A DNA stretch of 32,000 nt from Wolbachia endosymbiont strain TRS of Brugia malayi (GTDB lineage Bacteria; Pseudomonadota; Alphaproteobacteria; Rickettsiales; Anaplasmataceae). Location of the stretch: NCBI RefSeq assembly GCF_000008385.1, contig NC_006833.1:360001-392000 (forward strand). The letters run 5' to 3'. Both the position numbers and the translations under genes were made by a program. Under the pieces are notes generated by a model. It saw only the letters and a list, made by a program, of their open reading frames with translations. It was not told the DNA's origin and ran no database searches. This document shows, in pieces, positions 1-9,288 of this stretch (position 1 is its first letter; each line of letters opens with the position of its first letter).

Positions 1-121
1 AATAATATAAGCTTGATTATATCAACCAAGTTAATAATAGCTGTAATGGACGTGAGCCAGGGGTATGATAAAAGTAAGCAGTGCAACTTCCGTTGTTAGA
101 TGTATATCTGGTGGTTGGAGC

Positions 122-850
122 TTATACTAAATTCTCCATCTTATATTGAGGGTCAGATGCGATACCATATACTCTATTTGGTGGGGCAATTTTGTTTTCT
201 ATACCAAAAGTAATACCTTCAATTATTGCTATAAGTACTTTTTCAAGGTTACAATCTGCCCCGGGAACACGGTGTTCTAGACGGCACTTGCTGCCGAGAC
301 AGGGAATCCTTATTGCGGCAGTTCTATTGTTCACGCCCCAACTAATTGTAGTTGGTGTGTGAATATCTGGATATTGAAACCTTAAATACGAATCGTCACT
401 TGGAGCGAAGAATGACATATGTTCTTTCATCATAGCACATAACCCACCAATACCATAAATCAAGTAATCACTGTACTTTTGTTCATTACAGTAAAATAAA
501 TTACTGTTGTTTGAATCCACTAAATTAACATGCACATTTAATGCACTGCCTGCTCTATCTAAATAGGGCTTTGCTTTGAAAGAAGTATTCCCGCCAAGTT
601 TTTGTGCTGTTTCAGTAAGTAATTCTTTTGCTAAATCAAAATGCTTGATTAAGTTATTAGAATCATTATAACAACCACTTTTTATCTCATATTGATGTGT
701 AGAACTCTCTTTCTTGCAGGAAAAACCAAGCAAAGCTATTTTATTTTTAACACTATTAAGAAATAAATGCTCTCTCTCTATTCCTTCAGTATAAAATTCT
801 AATTCAATACCAAATTTAGTACAACAATTCAAATTATTTAATGTAATCAT
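122..850 (-). CDS. Short glutamine synthetase catalytic-domain-like protein
   Basis: 242 aa ORF. It contains GS-like blocks: GIELEFY, 'AKPYLDRAGSALNVHVNLVD', 'SWGVNNRTAAIRIP' and 'RLEHRVPGADCN'. There is no N-terminal beta-grasp region in the ORF. Confidence 0.75.
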   Translation of the reverse strand: MITLNNLNCCTKFGIELEFYTEGIEREHLFLNSVKNKIALLGFSCKKESSTHQYEIKSGCYNDSNNLIKHFDLAKELLTETAQKLGGNTSFKAKPYLDRAGSALNVHVNLVDSNNSNLFYCNEQKYSDYLIYGIGGLCAMMKEHMSFFAPSDDSYLRFQYPDIHTPTTISWGVNNRTAAIRIPCLGSKCRLEHRVPGADCNLEKVLIAIIEGITFGIENKIAPPNRVYGIASDPQYKMENLV

Positions 851-1156
851 AGATTTGTTTCAGTAAATTCGCATTAAGTTAGCTATATTTATATGAATAC
901 TTTACTTTTTTATCAATAAATTTAATATCTCATTTATACATAATATATTATAATTTTTTAACATACTGCTAATCCTTGACACGAGCGACGTTTTATTTAT
1001 TGAAATAAAAATGATCAATTTTAGTGCTTTTATACCCTTTACAACTCATTAAAAATCACCATAATTTTTAGTGTGTATTAAGTAGTATTAGCTTTTCGCA
1101 GTAGGCTATTGATTATCTTATATTTTTCTAGTATTGCTTTTGTCTTGGTGTAGTGT

Positions 1157-2539
1157 ATGAGCTTAATTAATCCTAAGGTTTCTGCTATGTTTTTCGATCA
1201 AATTGTTACAGCAACAGATCATAATATTGCTTGGGAAAAAATCCAAAATCTCCTTTATAACCTTTATGGGGAAGCAACATATAACAGTTGGTTAAGTTCA
1301 CTTAAATTTGTTAGTAGTAGCAATGGGGAAGTTTTGTTATCTGTGCCAACAAGATTTATAAAAGAGTGGATTACAGTTCACTACATGGAAAAAATATTAT
1401 TATTATGGCAGAATGAAGATAAAAGTATATGTTCTATTGATATTCAAGTAACCGAAGAAAAGAATTCAAGTTCTAGCATCATATCAAAAAATAAAGAGGA
1501 AAGTGTTAATAATCTTGGTTCGCCACTAGATCCAAGATTTACCTTTGATAACTTCGTAGTGGGAAAGCCAAATGAATTAGCATTTACAGCCGCAAAGCGT
1601 GTAGCAGAGTCCATAGATCCAATACCTGGTAGCAATCCTCTGTTTCTATATGGCGGAGTGGGGCTTGGTAAAACACATTTAATGCATGCTATAGCTTGGC
1701 ACATAGTTAATTCTCCATCAGCAAAAAGAAAAGTGGTATATTTATCAGCAGAGAAATTCATGTATCAATATATTACAGCACTACGAAGCAAAGACATTAT
1801 GTTATTTAAAGAACAGTTTAGATCGGTAGATGTACTGATGGTAGATGATGTGCAATTTATCAGTGGTAAAGATAGTACACAAGAAGAATTTTTTCACACT
1901 TTTAATGCATTGATAGATCAAAATAAACAATTGGTTATATCAGCTGATAGATCTCCTAGTGATCTTGATGGAGTAGAAGAAAGAATAAAATCACGGCTAG
2001 GTTGGGGATTAGTAGCAGACATTAATGAAACAACTTTCGAATTAAGACTTGGTATACTGCAAGCCAAAGTGGAGCAAATGAATATGTATGTTCCACAGGA
2101 TGTCCTAGAATTCTTAGCAAGGAACATAAGATCTAATATAAGAGAATTAGAAGGGGCATTAAATAAAGTTGCTCATACTTCACTGATTGGAAGGAGTATG
2201 ACAGTAGAATCGGCTAGTGAAACTCTAATGGACCTTCTTAGATCAAATCATAGGTCAATTACAATAGCAGAAATACAAAAGAAAATAGCTGAGTTTTTTA
2301 ATATAAAGGTTACAGATATGCATTCCAATAGAAGACTCCGCAGTCTTGTAAGACCAAGGCAAATAGCTATGTACTTTGCTAAGAAATTTACACATAAAAG
2401 CCTGCCAGATATTGGAAGGAGCTTTGGTGGCAGAGATCACGCTACTGTTATACATGCAGTGAAACAAATAGAAAATTTCATAAAAACTGACTCAGAATTT
2501 GCTGATGAAATCAATCAATTAAGAAAAATGTTTAAGTAG
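1157..2539 (+). CDS. dnaA: Chromosomal replication initiator protein DnaA
   Basis: 460 aa. Walker A '[13 protein letters not shown]', Walker B-like 'VLMVDDVQF', and C-terminal DNA-binding signature '[16 protein letters not shown]'. Confidence 0.98.
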   Translation: MSLINPKVSAMFFDQIVTATDHNIAWEKIQNLLYNLYGEATYNSWLSSLKFVSSSNGEVLLSVPTRFIKEWITVHYMEKILLLWQNEDKSICSIDIQVTEEKNSSSSIISKNKEESVNNLGSPLDPRFTFDNFVVGKPNELAFTAAKRVAESIDPIPGSNPLFLYGGVGLGKTHLMHAIAWHIVNSPSAKRKVVYLSAEKFMYQYITALRSKDIMLFKEQFRSVDVLMVDDVQFISGKDSTQEEFFHTFNALIDQNKQLVISADRSPSDLDGVEERIKSRLGWGLVADINETTFELRLGILQAKVEQMNMYVPQDVLEFLARNIRSNIRELEGALNKVAHTSLIGRSMTVESASETLMDLLRSNHRSITIAEIQKKIAEFFNIKVTDMHSNRRLRSLVRPRQIAMYFAKKFTHKSLPDIGRSFGGRDHATVIHAVKQIENFIKTDSEFADEINQLRKMFK

Positions 2540-2562
2540 AGTTCTTGAGGTTGTAGCTTCAC

Positions 2563-3813
2563 TCAATTTATCTCAAGCTTAAAGTCTTCCGTTAGCTTTG
2601 CAGAATACATTTCCTCATTATTTTGATCATAGAAAGTAAATTCATGATTATCTAAGTTTAATATTGAAAAACCGAAGCCAAAAAAGTTTTTAATTTCATG
2701 TGCTAAGTAGTTTTTACCATTTGAGTAACTAAACTCTATGTTTTGGTAAACAGGTTCCTGATCTTGAGCGTGTAATAACGCACCACCATTTCCAACTATA
2801 ATCTGGTCTGGCACATTGTTCATTAATAAAATCTGAGCTATATGAATATGTCCAGAAACTATGGTAGCGACATTGTTGGGAAATTTATCCCCAAAAGCTT
2901 CAATCTGTGTAAGATTGCCATGGCTTTTTAATGTCAGAAATTCCTTTTTTGGAGATCTCCAAAGCGGTCTGTGAGTTAAAAACCACGTAGGCTTATCAGA
3001 ACTATCTTGTGTTAATTTATCGAATTGTTTCTCAAAAGCATCAATTGTACTTTGAGTTGTAAAAATATCTTCACCAGACGAAGAGTCAAAGATAAAAAAC
3101 TTCATCGGTCCAATATCTAAAAACCAGCCAGGAACAAAGTTTTCACATTTTTCAGACGAGAAAGGGTGTGAATCTAGGTACCTAAACCATCCTTCATAAG
3201 CTCTATCACAATTCTCATGGTTTCCTCTAACAAAAAGAAAGGAGGATTGTAATAAAATGTCTTTCGCAGGCTCAAACCAATCGGCGTACCAAGCTTCTTT
3301 ATTGTACCCATAAATATTGCCACACTTCTGTGCATTTCTACATTTCGTTTTTCTATAATGATAATCGCCAACGTGAACAATTAAGTCTGGCTCATGAAGA
3401 GCAATAGAATCTAAATTTTTTTTAAAAGGCCAGCTATCTACTGAATTACATTCCTGTTGAAATAACGCATTTATTCTGCAGCCTGTATCACCAATAAAAG
3501 CAATTCTGCTAATCTTTTCTGGTAATATAGGAACTTGTATACCGTCAATACTAATGTTTTGAGCACCCGTTTCTACTATCATTTCACAAATTGTTTCAGT
3601 ATGATCACCATTATTAATTGAGCTGCGATTTAACATCTCTACTCCTTTGCCATCAACATAAGCAACAGGACAAGTATTACTGTCTATGATTGCACGTACG
3701 CTTAATTTATTGTCTGGAATAACCTGAGACCACGTGTATAATATTTGTGCCTGGATAGAATTAAAGCTGGTTACAAAAGATAAAGCTAAAAAAACAAAGA
3801 TATTAATATTCAT
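2563..3813 (-). CDS. Secreted calcineurin-like metallophosphoesterase
   Basis: 416 aa with an N-terminal hydrophobic signal-like segment. Metallophosphoesterase motifs GDTG, VGDYHYR, RGNHENC, THRPLW and SGHIHIAQ. Confidence 0.85.
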   Translation of the reverse strand: MNINIFVFLALSFVTSFNSIQAQILYTWSQVIPDNKLSVRAIIDSNTCPVAYVDGKGVEMLNRSSINNGDHTETICEMIVETGAQNISIDGIQVPILPEKISRIAFIGDTGCRINALFQQECNSVDSWPFKKNLDSIALHEPDLIVHVGDYHYRKTKCRNAQKCGNIYGYNKEAWYADWFEPAKDILLQSSFLFVRGNHENCDRAYEGWFRYLDSHPFSSEKCENFVPGWFLDIGPMKFFIFDSSSGEDIFTTQSTIDAFEKQFDKLTQDSSDKPTWFLTHRPLWRSPKKEFLTLKSHGNLTQIEAFGDKFPNNVATIVSGHIHIAQILLMNNVPDQIIVGNGGALLHAQDQEPVYQNIEFSYSNGKNYLAHEIKNFFGFGFSILNLDNHEFTFYDQNNEEMYSAKLTEDFKLEIN

Positions 3814-4004
3814 TTGTATAGAAGCTCAAATTAAAAATTAGTGATAAAATCATCTTAAATAATTGAAATTTATGATCACAAAATTCACAAACTGAATTAT
3901 ACAGGCAATTCTTAAATTATTCTAGTATCAGATTGACACTTTAGATGAAAAATTCTAAAATGATTAAGTAATTTAAAATGATTATATAAAAACTAGAATA
4001 AAAT

Positions 4005-4092
4005 GCGGTCGTGGTGAAATTGGTAGACACGCAGCGTTGAGGTCGCTGTGGCTCATAAGGCCTTGGAAGTTCAAGTCTTCTCGGCCGCACCA
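4005..4092 (+). tRNA. tRNA-Leu (anticodon GAG), CCA encoded
   Basis: Acceptor stem GCGGTCG/CGGCCGC. Anticodon arm CAGCG-TTGAGGT-CGCTG gives GAG. T arm 'GTTCAAGTC' and long variable arm. Ends A-CCA. Confidence 0.93.
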
Positions 4093-4121
4093 TATTTTCG
4101 TCGTTGTTTAATGTAGGTGAA

Positions 4122-5204
4122 ATGTTTATAGGAAACCGAAATAGAAATAAAGTAGAAAGGGCCATCAGCGAAATTAGGCGCGGCCTACCAATTATAATAT
4201 ATGATAAAAGTAATTATCTATTGGTTGCTGCTGCCGAGACTTTAGAAAAAGACTTGTTTAATCAGTACGGGCTTATCTCAGGTAAGATATATGTTATTCT
4301 ACCTTCAAGTAAGGTAACGTGCATATCTCAAAACGTGGAGCATAGTAGCAAACGCTTATTGATAAACAATTTTGATGAACTATTTCATTTAGTAAACTGT
4401 TCAAAAGAAGATCATACGAAGGAATTACAACGTTCAAAGGCAATAGATGAATGCGCTATTACTTTGCTAAAATCTTCAGAATTGTTGCCATACGCATTAG
4501 TGGTTGACGTGAACTTCAAAGATGAATATGAAATGCGAGGCTGGTGTGAAAAAAGTGATGTAATTGCACTAGACGTGCTATTTATAAATAACTTTCAACA
4601 AAATCAGGATATATATGAAGTATGCAAAACACCATTATTTTTAAAACAGACTCAAAAAGTAAACATCATATCTTATAGGACCTGTAATGGCAGAAAAGAA
4701 CATTACGCAATTATTATTGGCAATCCAGGTAAAAATAGTGAACCATTAGTAAGAGTTCATTCTTCATGCTATACAGGCGACTTATTAGATAGCTTATCAT
4801 GCGATTGCAGAAGTCAGTTACATCAAGCAATTCAAATAATGACTGACTCTGGGAATGGTATTATACTATACCTGATGCAAGATGGTAGAGGCATTGGTTT
4901 AACTAACAAGTTAAGGGCATATGATATGCAAAGAAAATATAACCTTGATACTGTGGATGCAAATAGAATATTGGGTTTTGAAGATGATGAGAGGAGTTTC
5001 GCTGTTGCAGCTGAAATGCTCAAGAAATTAGGCATCAAAAAAATCCAGCTACTTACAAATAATGGTAGAAAGCTATCAGAGTTGAAAAATAATGGTATAG
5101 AGGTCACAAGATGTCTACCACTTATTATGGAACGTAACAAGTATAACGATTCGTATATAGAAACAAAATTTAGCAGGTTAGGTCACAGATTAAGAACTTT
5201 TTAG
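4122..5204 (+). CDS. ribA: GTP cyclohydrolase II (riboflavin biosynthesis)
   Basis: Signature 'VRVHSSCYTGDLLDSLSCDC' and 'YLMQDGRGIGLTNKLRAY'. The ORF track starts at TTG 4104. ATG 4122 (MFIGNRNRNK) is the more likely start. Confidence 0.92.
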   Translation: MFIGNRNRNKVERAISEIRRGLPIIIYDKSNYLLVAAAETLEKDLFNQYGLISGKIYVILPSSKVTCISQNVEHSSKRLLINNFDELFHLVNCSKEDHTKELQRSKAIDECAITLLKSSELLPYALVVDVNFKDEYEMRGWCEKSDVIALDVLFINNFQQNQDIYEVCKTPLFLKQTQKVNIISYRTCNGRKEHYAIIIGNPGKNSEPLVRVHSSCYTGDLLDSLSCDCRSQLHQAIQIMTDSGNGIILYLMQDGRGIGLTNKLRAYDMQRKYNLDTVDANRILGFEDDERSFAVAAEMLKKLGIKKIQLLTNNGRKLSELKNNGIEVTRCLPLIMERNKYNDSYIETKFSRLGHRLRTF

Positions 5205-5276
5205 CTTTTTTGTTGTAAATACTTTGTTAATTTACTATGTTCGTTAATATAGGTTAAGATTTTTAAGAATATTAAG

Positions 5277-5960
5277 ATGCTAAAATTCTTTAAACGCGAA
5301 AAAAGTAATGATTCATTAGATAAGGATATAGATTGGAATTCAAGTCGCTACAGCACAATTATTGCTCAGAGAAATATTTTACTTCTATTTACACTAATAT
5401 TATTAGTGGCTATTTTTATAGGCATATTAGCTATATTTAAGATTAGCACTAGCAGCACTATTGAACCGTTCGTTATAGAAATTGAAAAAAAATCAGGAAT
5501 AGTGCAATTAGTTGACCCTGTCACAGTAAAACAATATTCTGCGGATGAGGTACTAAACAATCATTTTATTGCAGAATACATAAAAGCAAGAGAAGTTTTT
5601 GATCCATATAACTACAATTATAACTATTATACAAAAGTGAGATTATTTTCCTCGCCTAATGTATATAATGAATTTAAGAATTACATAAGATTACAAAATA
5701 TGGATGACCTTTTGAATTTATATTCAGGCTTCGTCAAAAATGATTTTAAGATTCGCTCAACTCAGAAATTAGATGACGATACTTTTCAGGTGAGATTTAC
5801 TGTAGAATTTACACGAGAAGATGGAAGTTCTATAAGGAAAAACAAGATAGTTATCATGTCATACAGGTATGCACCACTTGAAATGAATGATCAGCAAAGA
5901 TATGTTAACCCATTAGGGTTTCAAGTTACTTCTTATAGGGTAGATGATGAATATGTATAG
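5277..5960 (+). CDS. virB8: Type IV secretion system inner-membrane protein VirB8
   Basis: 227 aa with one N-terminal TM segment and VirB8 features ('FVIEIEKKSG...VDPVT', 'YNYNYYTKVRLFSSPNVYNEF'). It is first in a vir gene cluster. Confidence 0.93.
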   Translation: MLKFFKREKSNDSLDKDIDWNSSRYSTIIAQRNILLLFTLILLVAIFIGILAIFKISTSSTIEPFVIEIEKKSGIVQLVDPVTVKQYSADEVLNNHFIAEYIKAREVFDPYNYNYNYYTKVRLFSSPNVYNEFKNYIRLQNMDDLLNLYSGFVKNDFKIRSTQKLDDDTFQVRFTVEFTREDGSSIRKNKIVIMSYRYAPLEMNDQQRYVNPLGFQVTSYRVDDEYV

Positions 5961-6753
5961 AGTATTATTAGTTTTAGCTTTACTGACAAGTAGCAATTTA
6001 AATGCATTAATCAACTACAGTAAGCCCATTTCCGTAGACAGTAGAATAAAAACTTTTGTGTACAGCCCTAACGAAGTGTTCACGGTTATTTTTAGTCAAG
6101 GTTACTATTCTTATATTGAGTTTGCAGAAGGAGAGAAAGTTAAAAATATTGCTGTTGGAGACGCATCAAGTTGGAGGATTAGTCCTTATGACAACAAATT
6201 GCTTATTATGCCATTTGAAGTTAGTAGCCGCACTAATATGATTATTACGACAACTAAAAAAAGGAATTATATTTTTGATTTAATCTCAAGGCCAAACTAC
6301 GATAAATACCCAGATACTGATGCTGAGAAAGTGAGTCATGATTATTCTGCTGAAAAAGATATATCTTACGTAGTACGTTTTTATTACCCTAAAGAAGAAG
6401 ATGAATTTGATATTGATTTAGATGAAATATCAGCACCTACTCAAATGCAATATGTTGTAGATAGGCCAGAGAAGATAATACAGGAAAATGATACGAAATA
6501 CAATTATACATATATCGATGAAGGTGGCAATGCGGATATGATACCGATTGAGTTATTTGATGATGGCTATTTAACCTATTTTAAATTCAGGGATAGTAAT
6601 AAGATACCTCAGATTTTTGCAAAAGATGGTAAAACTAGACTGCCTTGTAAAAGGTTGTTGTTTGATGGTTATGTTATAATAAAAGGGGTACATAAGAAGT
6701 TGTTCATGCGTTATGAAAATGATGAAGTTGAGATCATAAACAGGTCACTTTAG
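5944..6753 (+). CDS. virB9: Type IV secretion system protein VirB9
   Basis: 269 aa with a signal peptide and VirB9/CagX-like C-terminal domain ('YNYTYIDEGG...PIELFDDGYLTYFKF'). It overlaps the virB8 3' end. ATG 5953 is an alternative start. Confidence 0.93.
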   Translation: MMNMYRVLLVLALLTSSNLNALINYSKPISVDSRIKTFVYSPNEVFTVIFSQGYYSYIEFAEGEKVKNIAVGDASSWRISPYDNKLLIMPFEVSSRTNMIITTTKKRNYIFDLISRPNYDKYPDTDAEKVSHDYSAEKDISYVVRFYYPKEEDEFDIDLDEISAPTQMQYVVDRPEKIIQENDTKYNYTYIDEGGNADMIPIELFDDGYLTYFKFRDSNKIPQIFAKDGKTRLPCKRLLFDGYVIIKGVHKKLFMRYENDEVEIINRSL

Positions 6754-6769
6754 TTGTGGTACGTGTAAT

Positions 6770-8266
6770 ATGAATAAAGAAGGGCGTAATAATTCAGAAG
6801 ATGAATCAGAAATAGAAAGCAAGGTAGTAACAGTTGGCTCTAATCAAGGTCACAGAGCATTAATGGTTATTATTTTAGTGATTCTGGTCGTCGGGGTATA
6901 TTATTTCTATTTTAGACCTTCTCGCAACGAAGAGAATGTAGAGATCATTAAAAAAGAAGAAATAAAGCAAAATATTCAAGAGTTGAAAGGAAAGTTGGAA
7001 CAAGTTCCAGAAAATACAATAGTTCCTGAAAGGACGATTACTGATTCATTGCCACCTTTACCTCCTCTTACTATGCCACAAGTTATACCAGAAGTAAAGC
7101 AGACTAAAAAAGAAGGAGTAGTAAAAAAAGAAGAAAAATCAAAAGAAGCCTCTGTATCCAATATACCAGTCTTGCCAAAGCAAAACTTTCCTTATGGTAG
7201 TACTACTAGCAACTTACCTACCTCATTTCCTACGATAGGAAGCGGTGGTTACCCTAAAGATAGGCGTAGCACACAAATGTTAGCAATTTCAGCTAGTGAT
7301 AACAAAGAAGACAAGACTGCCGATACCATTTTATCCAACACCTCGGCACAGGCAAGCATAGCTACCAGAGTGGGAAAACTCGTGTTTATGATCACTCAAG
7401 GCAAAATTATTGATGCTGTTCTTGAAACTGCAATAGATTCTGATCTACAAGGAGTGCTGCGTGCCGTAGTTAGTAGCAACGTTTATGCAGAAACTGGTGA
7501 TACAGTTTTAATACCCAAAGGTTCAAGATTAATAGGCGGTTATTCATTTGACTCGGATGTTACAAGAGCCCGCATAAACATAAATTGGAATAGGATCATT
7601 CTTCCTCATGGAATAGATATTGCTATTTCATCACCTGGTACCGATGAGCTTGGTAGAGCGGGTATAGCTGGAATAGTTGATAACAAAATAACAAGTGCAT
7701 TATTTTCTTCAATATTGCTTGCAGGTGTCTCAATTGGTTCAGCTGTTATAGGGCAAAAGGCCCCTAATCTTATCGATACGTTAACTGCCATAGATGCAAT
7801 ACAATCCATCACTGCAACTGAAATAGATACTTTTCCACTCAAAGGTACTGTTATTAAGGGTCTACAGGACGATAGTACAGCTAAAAGTATAGTCGAGAAC
7901 GCACTAGGAGAAAAGTGGAAACTGGACCTTGGGGCTATTGGAAGAGTTCGTAATGCTCAAAACGAGCAAGATTTGTTGAGGATATTTAAAAAGGAAATAG
8001 CAGAGTTGCTAGGAATTGGGGAAGACAAGGTGAACATAGGCCTAGAAGATGTAAGCCAACTGTTAAGACCTATTCAGAGAAAAAACAAGTCTGTTTATGA
8101 AGAAGCAATTGGAAAATCAATCGATGATTTCTCTAAAGATATGCGAGATATAGTCAACAGATCTACAGATAAAAAACCAACTGTTTACGTTGATCAAGGC
8201 ACCGCATTAAAAGTATTCGTTAACCAAGATATAGTATTTCCTCCACAAACAATATTAAATCAGTGA
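6770..8266 (+). CDS. virB10: Type IV secretion system protein VirB10
   Basis: 498 aa. N-terminal TM, Lys/Pro-rich linker, and TrbI/VirB10 C-terminal domain ('DTVLIPKGSRLIGGY', 'NWNRIILPHGIDIAISSPGTDELGRAG', 'VFVNQDIVFPPQ'). Confidence 0.95.
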   Translation: MNKEGRNNSEDESEIESKVVTVGSNQGHRALMVIILVILVVGVYYFYFRPSRNEENVEIIKKEEIKQNIQELKGKLEQVPENTIVPERTITDSLPPLPPLTMPQVIPEVKQTKKEGVVKKEEKSKEASVSNIPVLPKQNFPYGSTTSNLPTSFPTIGSGGYPKDRRSTQMLAISASDNKEDKTADTILSNTSAQASIATRVGKLVFMITQGKIIDAVLETAIDSDLQGVLRAVVSSNVYAETGDTVLIPKGSRLIGGYSFDSDVTRARININWNRIILPHGIDIAISSPGTDELGRAGIAGIVDNKITSALFSSILLAGVSIGSAVIGQKAPNLIDTLTAIDAIQSITATEIDTFPLKGTVIKGLQDDSTAKSIVENALGEKWKLDLGAIGRVRNAQNEQDLLRIFKKEIAELLGIGEDKVNIGLEDVSQLLRPIQRKNKSVYEEAIGKSIDDFSKDMRDIVNRSTDKKPTVYVDQGTALKVFVNQDIVFPPQTILNQ

Positions 8267-8267
8267 A

Positions 8268-9275
8268 ATGAACTATGCTGCACTTGACACATATTTAGAG
8301 CCATTACAAGGCATATTTCAAGAGGAAGGCGTAAATGAAATATCAATAAATAAGCCAAAGGAAGTCTGGATTGAAAATCGCAGTGAAATAAGGTGTGAAA
8401 AACTAGAAATATTCGATCTTAACCATCTAAAATCTCTTGGCAGACTAATTGCTCAAGCTACAGAACAAAAGCTTAGCGAAGAAGCACCATTACTTTCAGC
8501 CACACTACCAAATGGTTATCGTATACAGATAGTATTCCCGCCAGCATGTGAGCCTGATAAAGTAGTCATGTCAATTCGTAAACCCTCTGGTCTACAATTA
8601 GCATTGGACGATTATGAAAAAATGGGAGCTTTTTCTGAAACTGCTATAGAAGTAATTGATAGTCCAGTGAATCGCCACCTGAATTTGCTGTTAAAGCAAA
8701 AGAAAATAAAAGAGTTTTTAGAATATGCTGTAATGAACAAGAAAAATATCATAATTAGTGGTGGAACTTCTACCGGTAAAACCACTTTTACTAATGCTAC
8801 TTTACGTGCTATTCCGGCTGAAGAAAGAATTATCACTGTTGAGGATGCAAGGGAAATCGTTTTGAATGATCATCCAAACAGAGTGCACCTCATTGCCTCC
8901 AAAGGAGGGCAGGGTAGGGCAAAAGTGACCACTCAGGACTTAATAGAAGCGTGCTTACGTTTAAGGCCAGATAGAATAATAGTTGGTGAGCTCCGTGGAG
9001 CGGAAGCTTTTAGTTTTCTTAGGGCAATAAATACTGGCCACCCTGGGTCAATATCGACCCTTCATGCGGATAGTCCAACAATGGCCCTCGAGCAAATAAA
9101 ATTGATGGTCATGCAAGCAAATCTTGGTATTCCTCCAGATCAGATTATACCATATATTAGAAATGTGATTGATATTGTTATCCAGCTAAAAAGAACTAGT
9201 GGGGGAAAAAGAAGCGTTTCTGAGATATTATTTACTAAATCTTCGATGAAAATGCTTAAATTTACACATAATTAA
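8268..9275 (+). CDS. virB11: Type IV secretion system ATPase VirB11
   Basis: 335 aa. Walker A 'ISGGTSTGKTTFTNA', 'LRLRPDRIIVGELRGAEAF' and 'NTGHPGSISTLHADSP'. Confidence 0.97.
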   Translation: MNYAALDTYLEPLQGIFQEEGVNEISINKPKEVWIENRSEIRCEKLEIFDLNHLKSLGRLIAQATEQKLSEEAPLLSATLPNGYRIQIVFPPACEPDKVVMSIRKPSGLQLALDDYEKMGAFSETAIEVIDSPVNRHLNLLLKQKKIKEFLEYAVMNKKNIIISGGTSTGKTTFTNATLRAIPAEERIITVEDAREIVLNDHPNRVHLIASKGGQGRAKVTTQDLIEACLRLRPDRIIVGELRGAEAFSFLRAINTGHPGSISTLHADSPTMALEQIKLMVMQANLGIPPDQIIPYIRNVIDIVIQLKRTSGGKRSVSEILFTKSSMKMLKFTHN

Positions 9276-9288
9276 GAAAAAGTAGTTT

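Noticed and set aside
851-1156. Possible oriC upstream of dnaA
   Set aside because: The region is A+T-rich, but I found no consensus DnaA boxes (TTATCCACA) or ordered iterons. From background knowledge, the Wolbachia origin has been placed away from dnaA, so I do not call it.
1444-2467. Antisense ORFs inside dnaA (105, 69 and 70 aa)
   Set aside because: They lie opposite a strongly conserved coding gene and have no recognisable motifs. Likely shadow ORFs.
3941-4165. Minus-strand 74 aa ORF across the tRNA-Leu gene
   Set aside because: It overlaps a well-supported tRNA and the ribA start. The translation is low-complexity and not protein-like.
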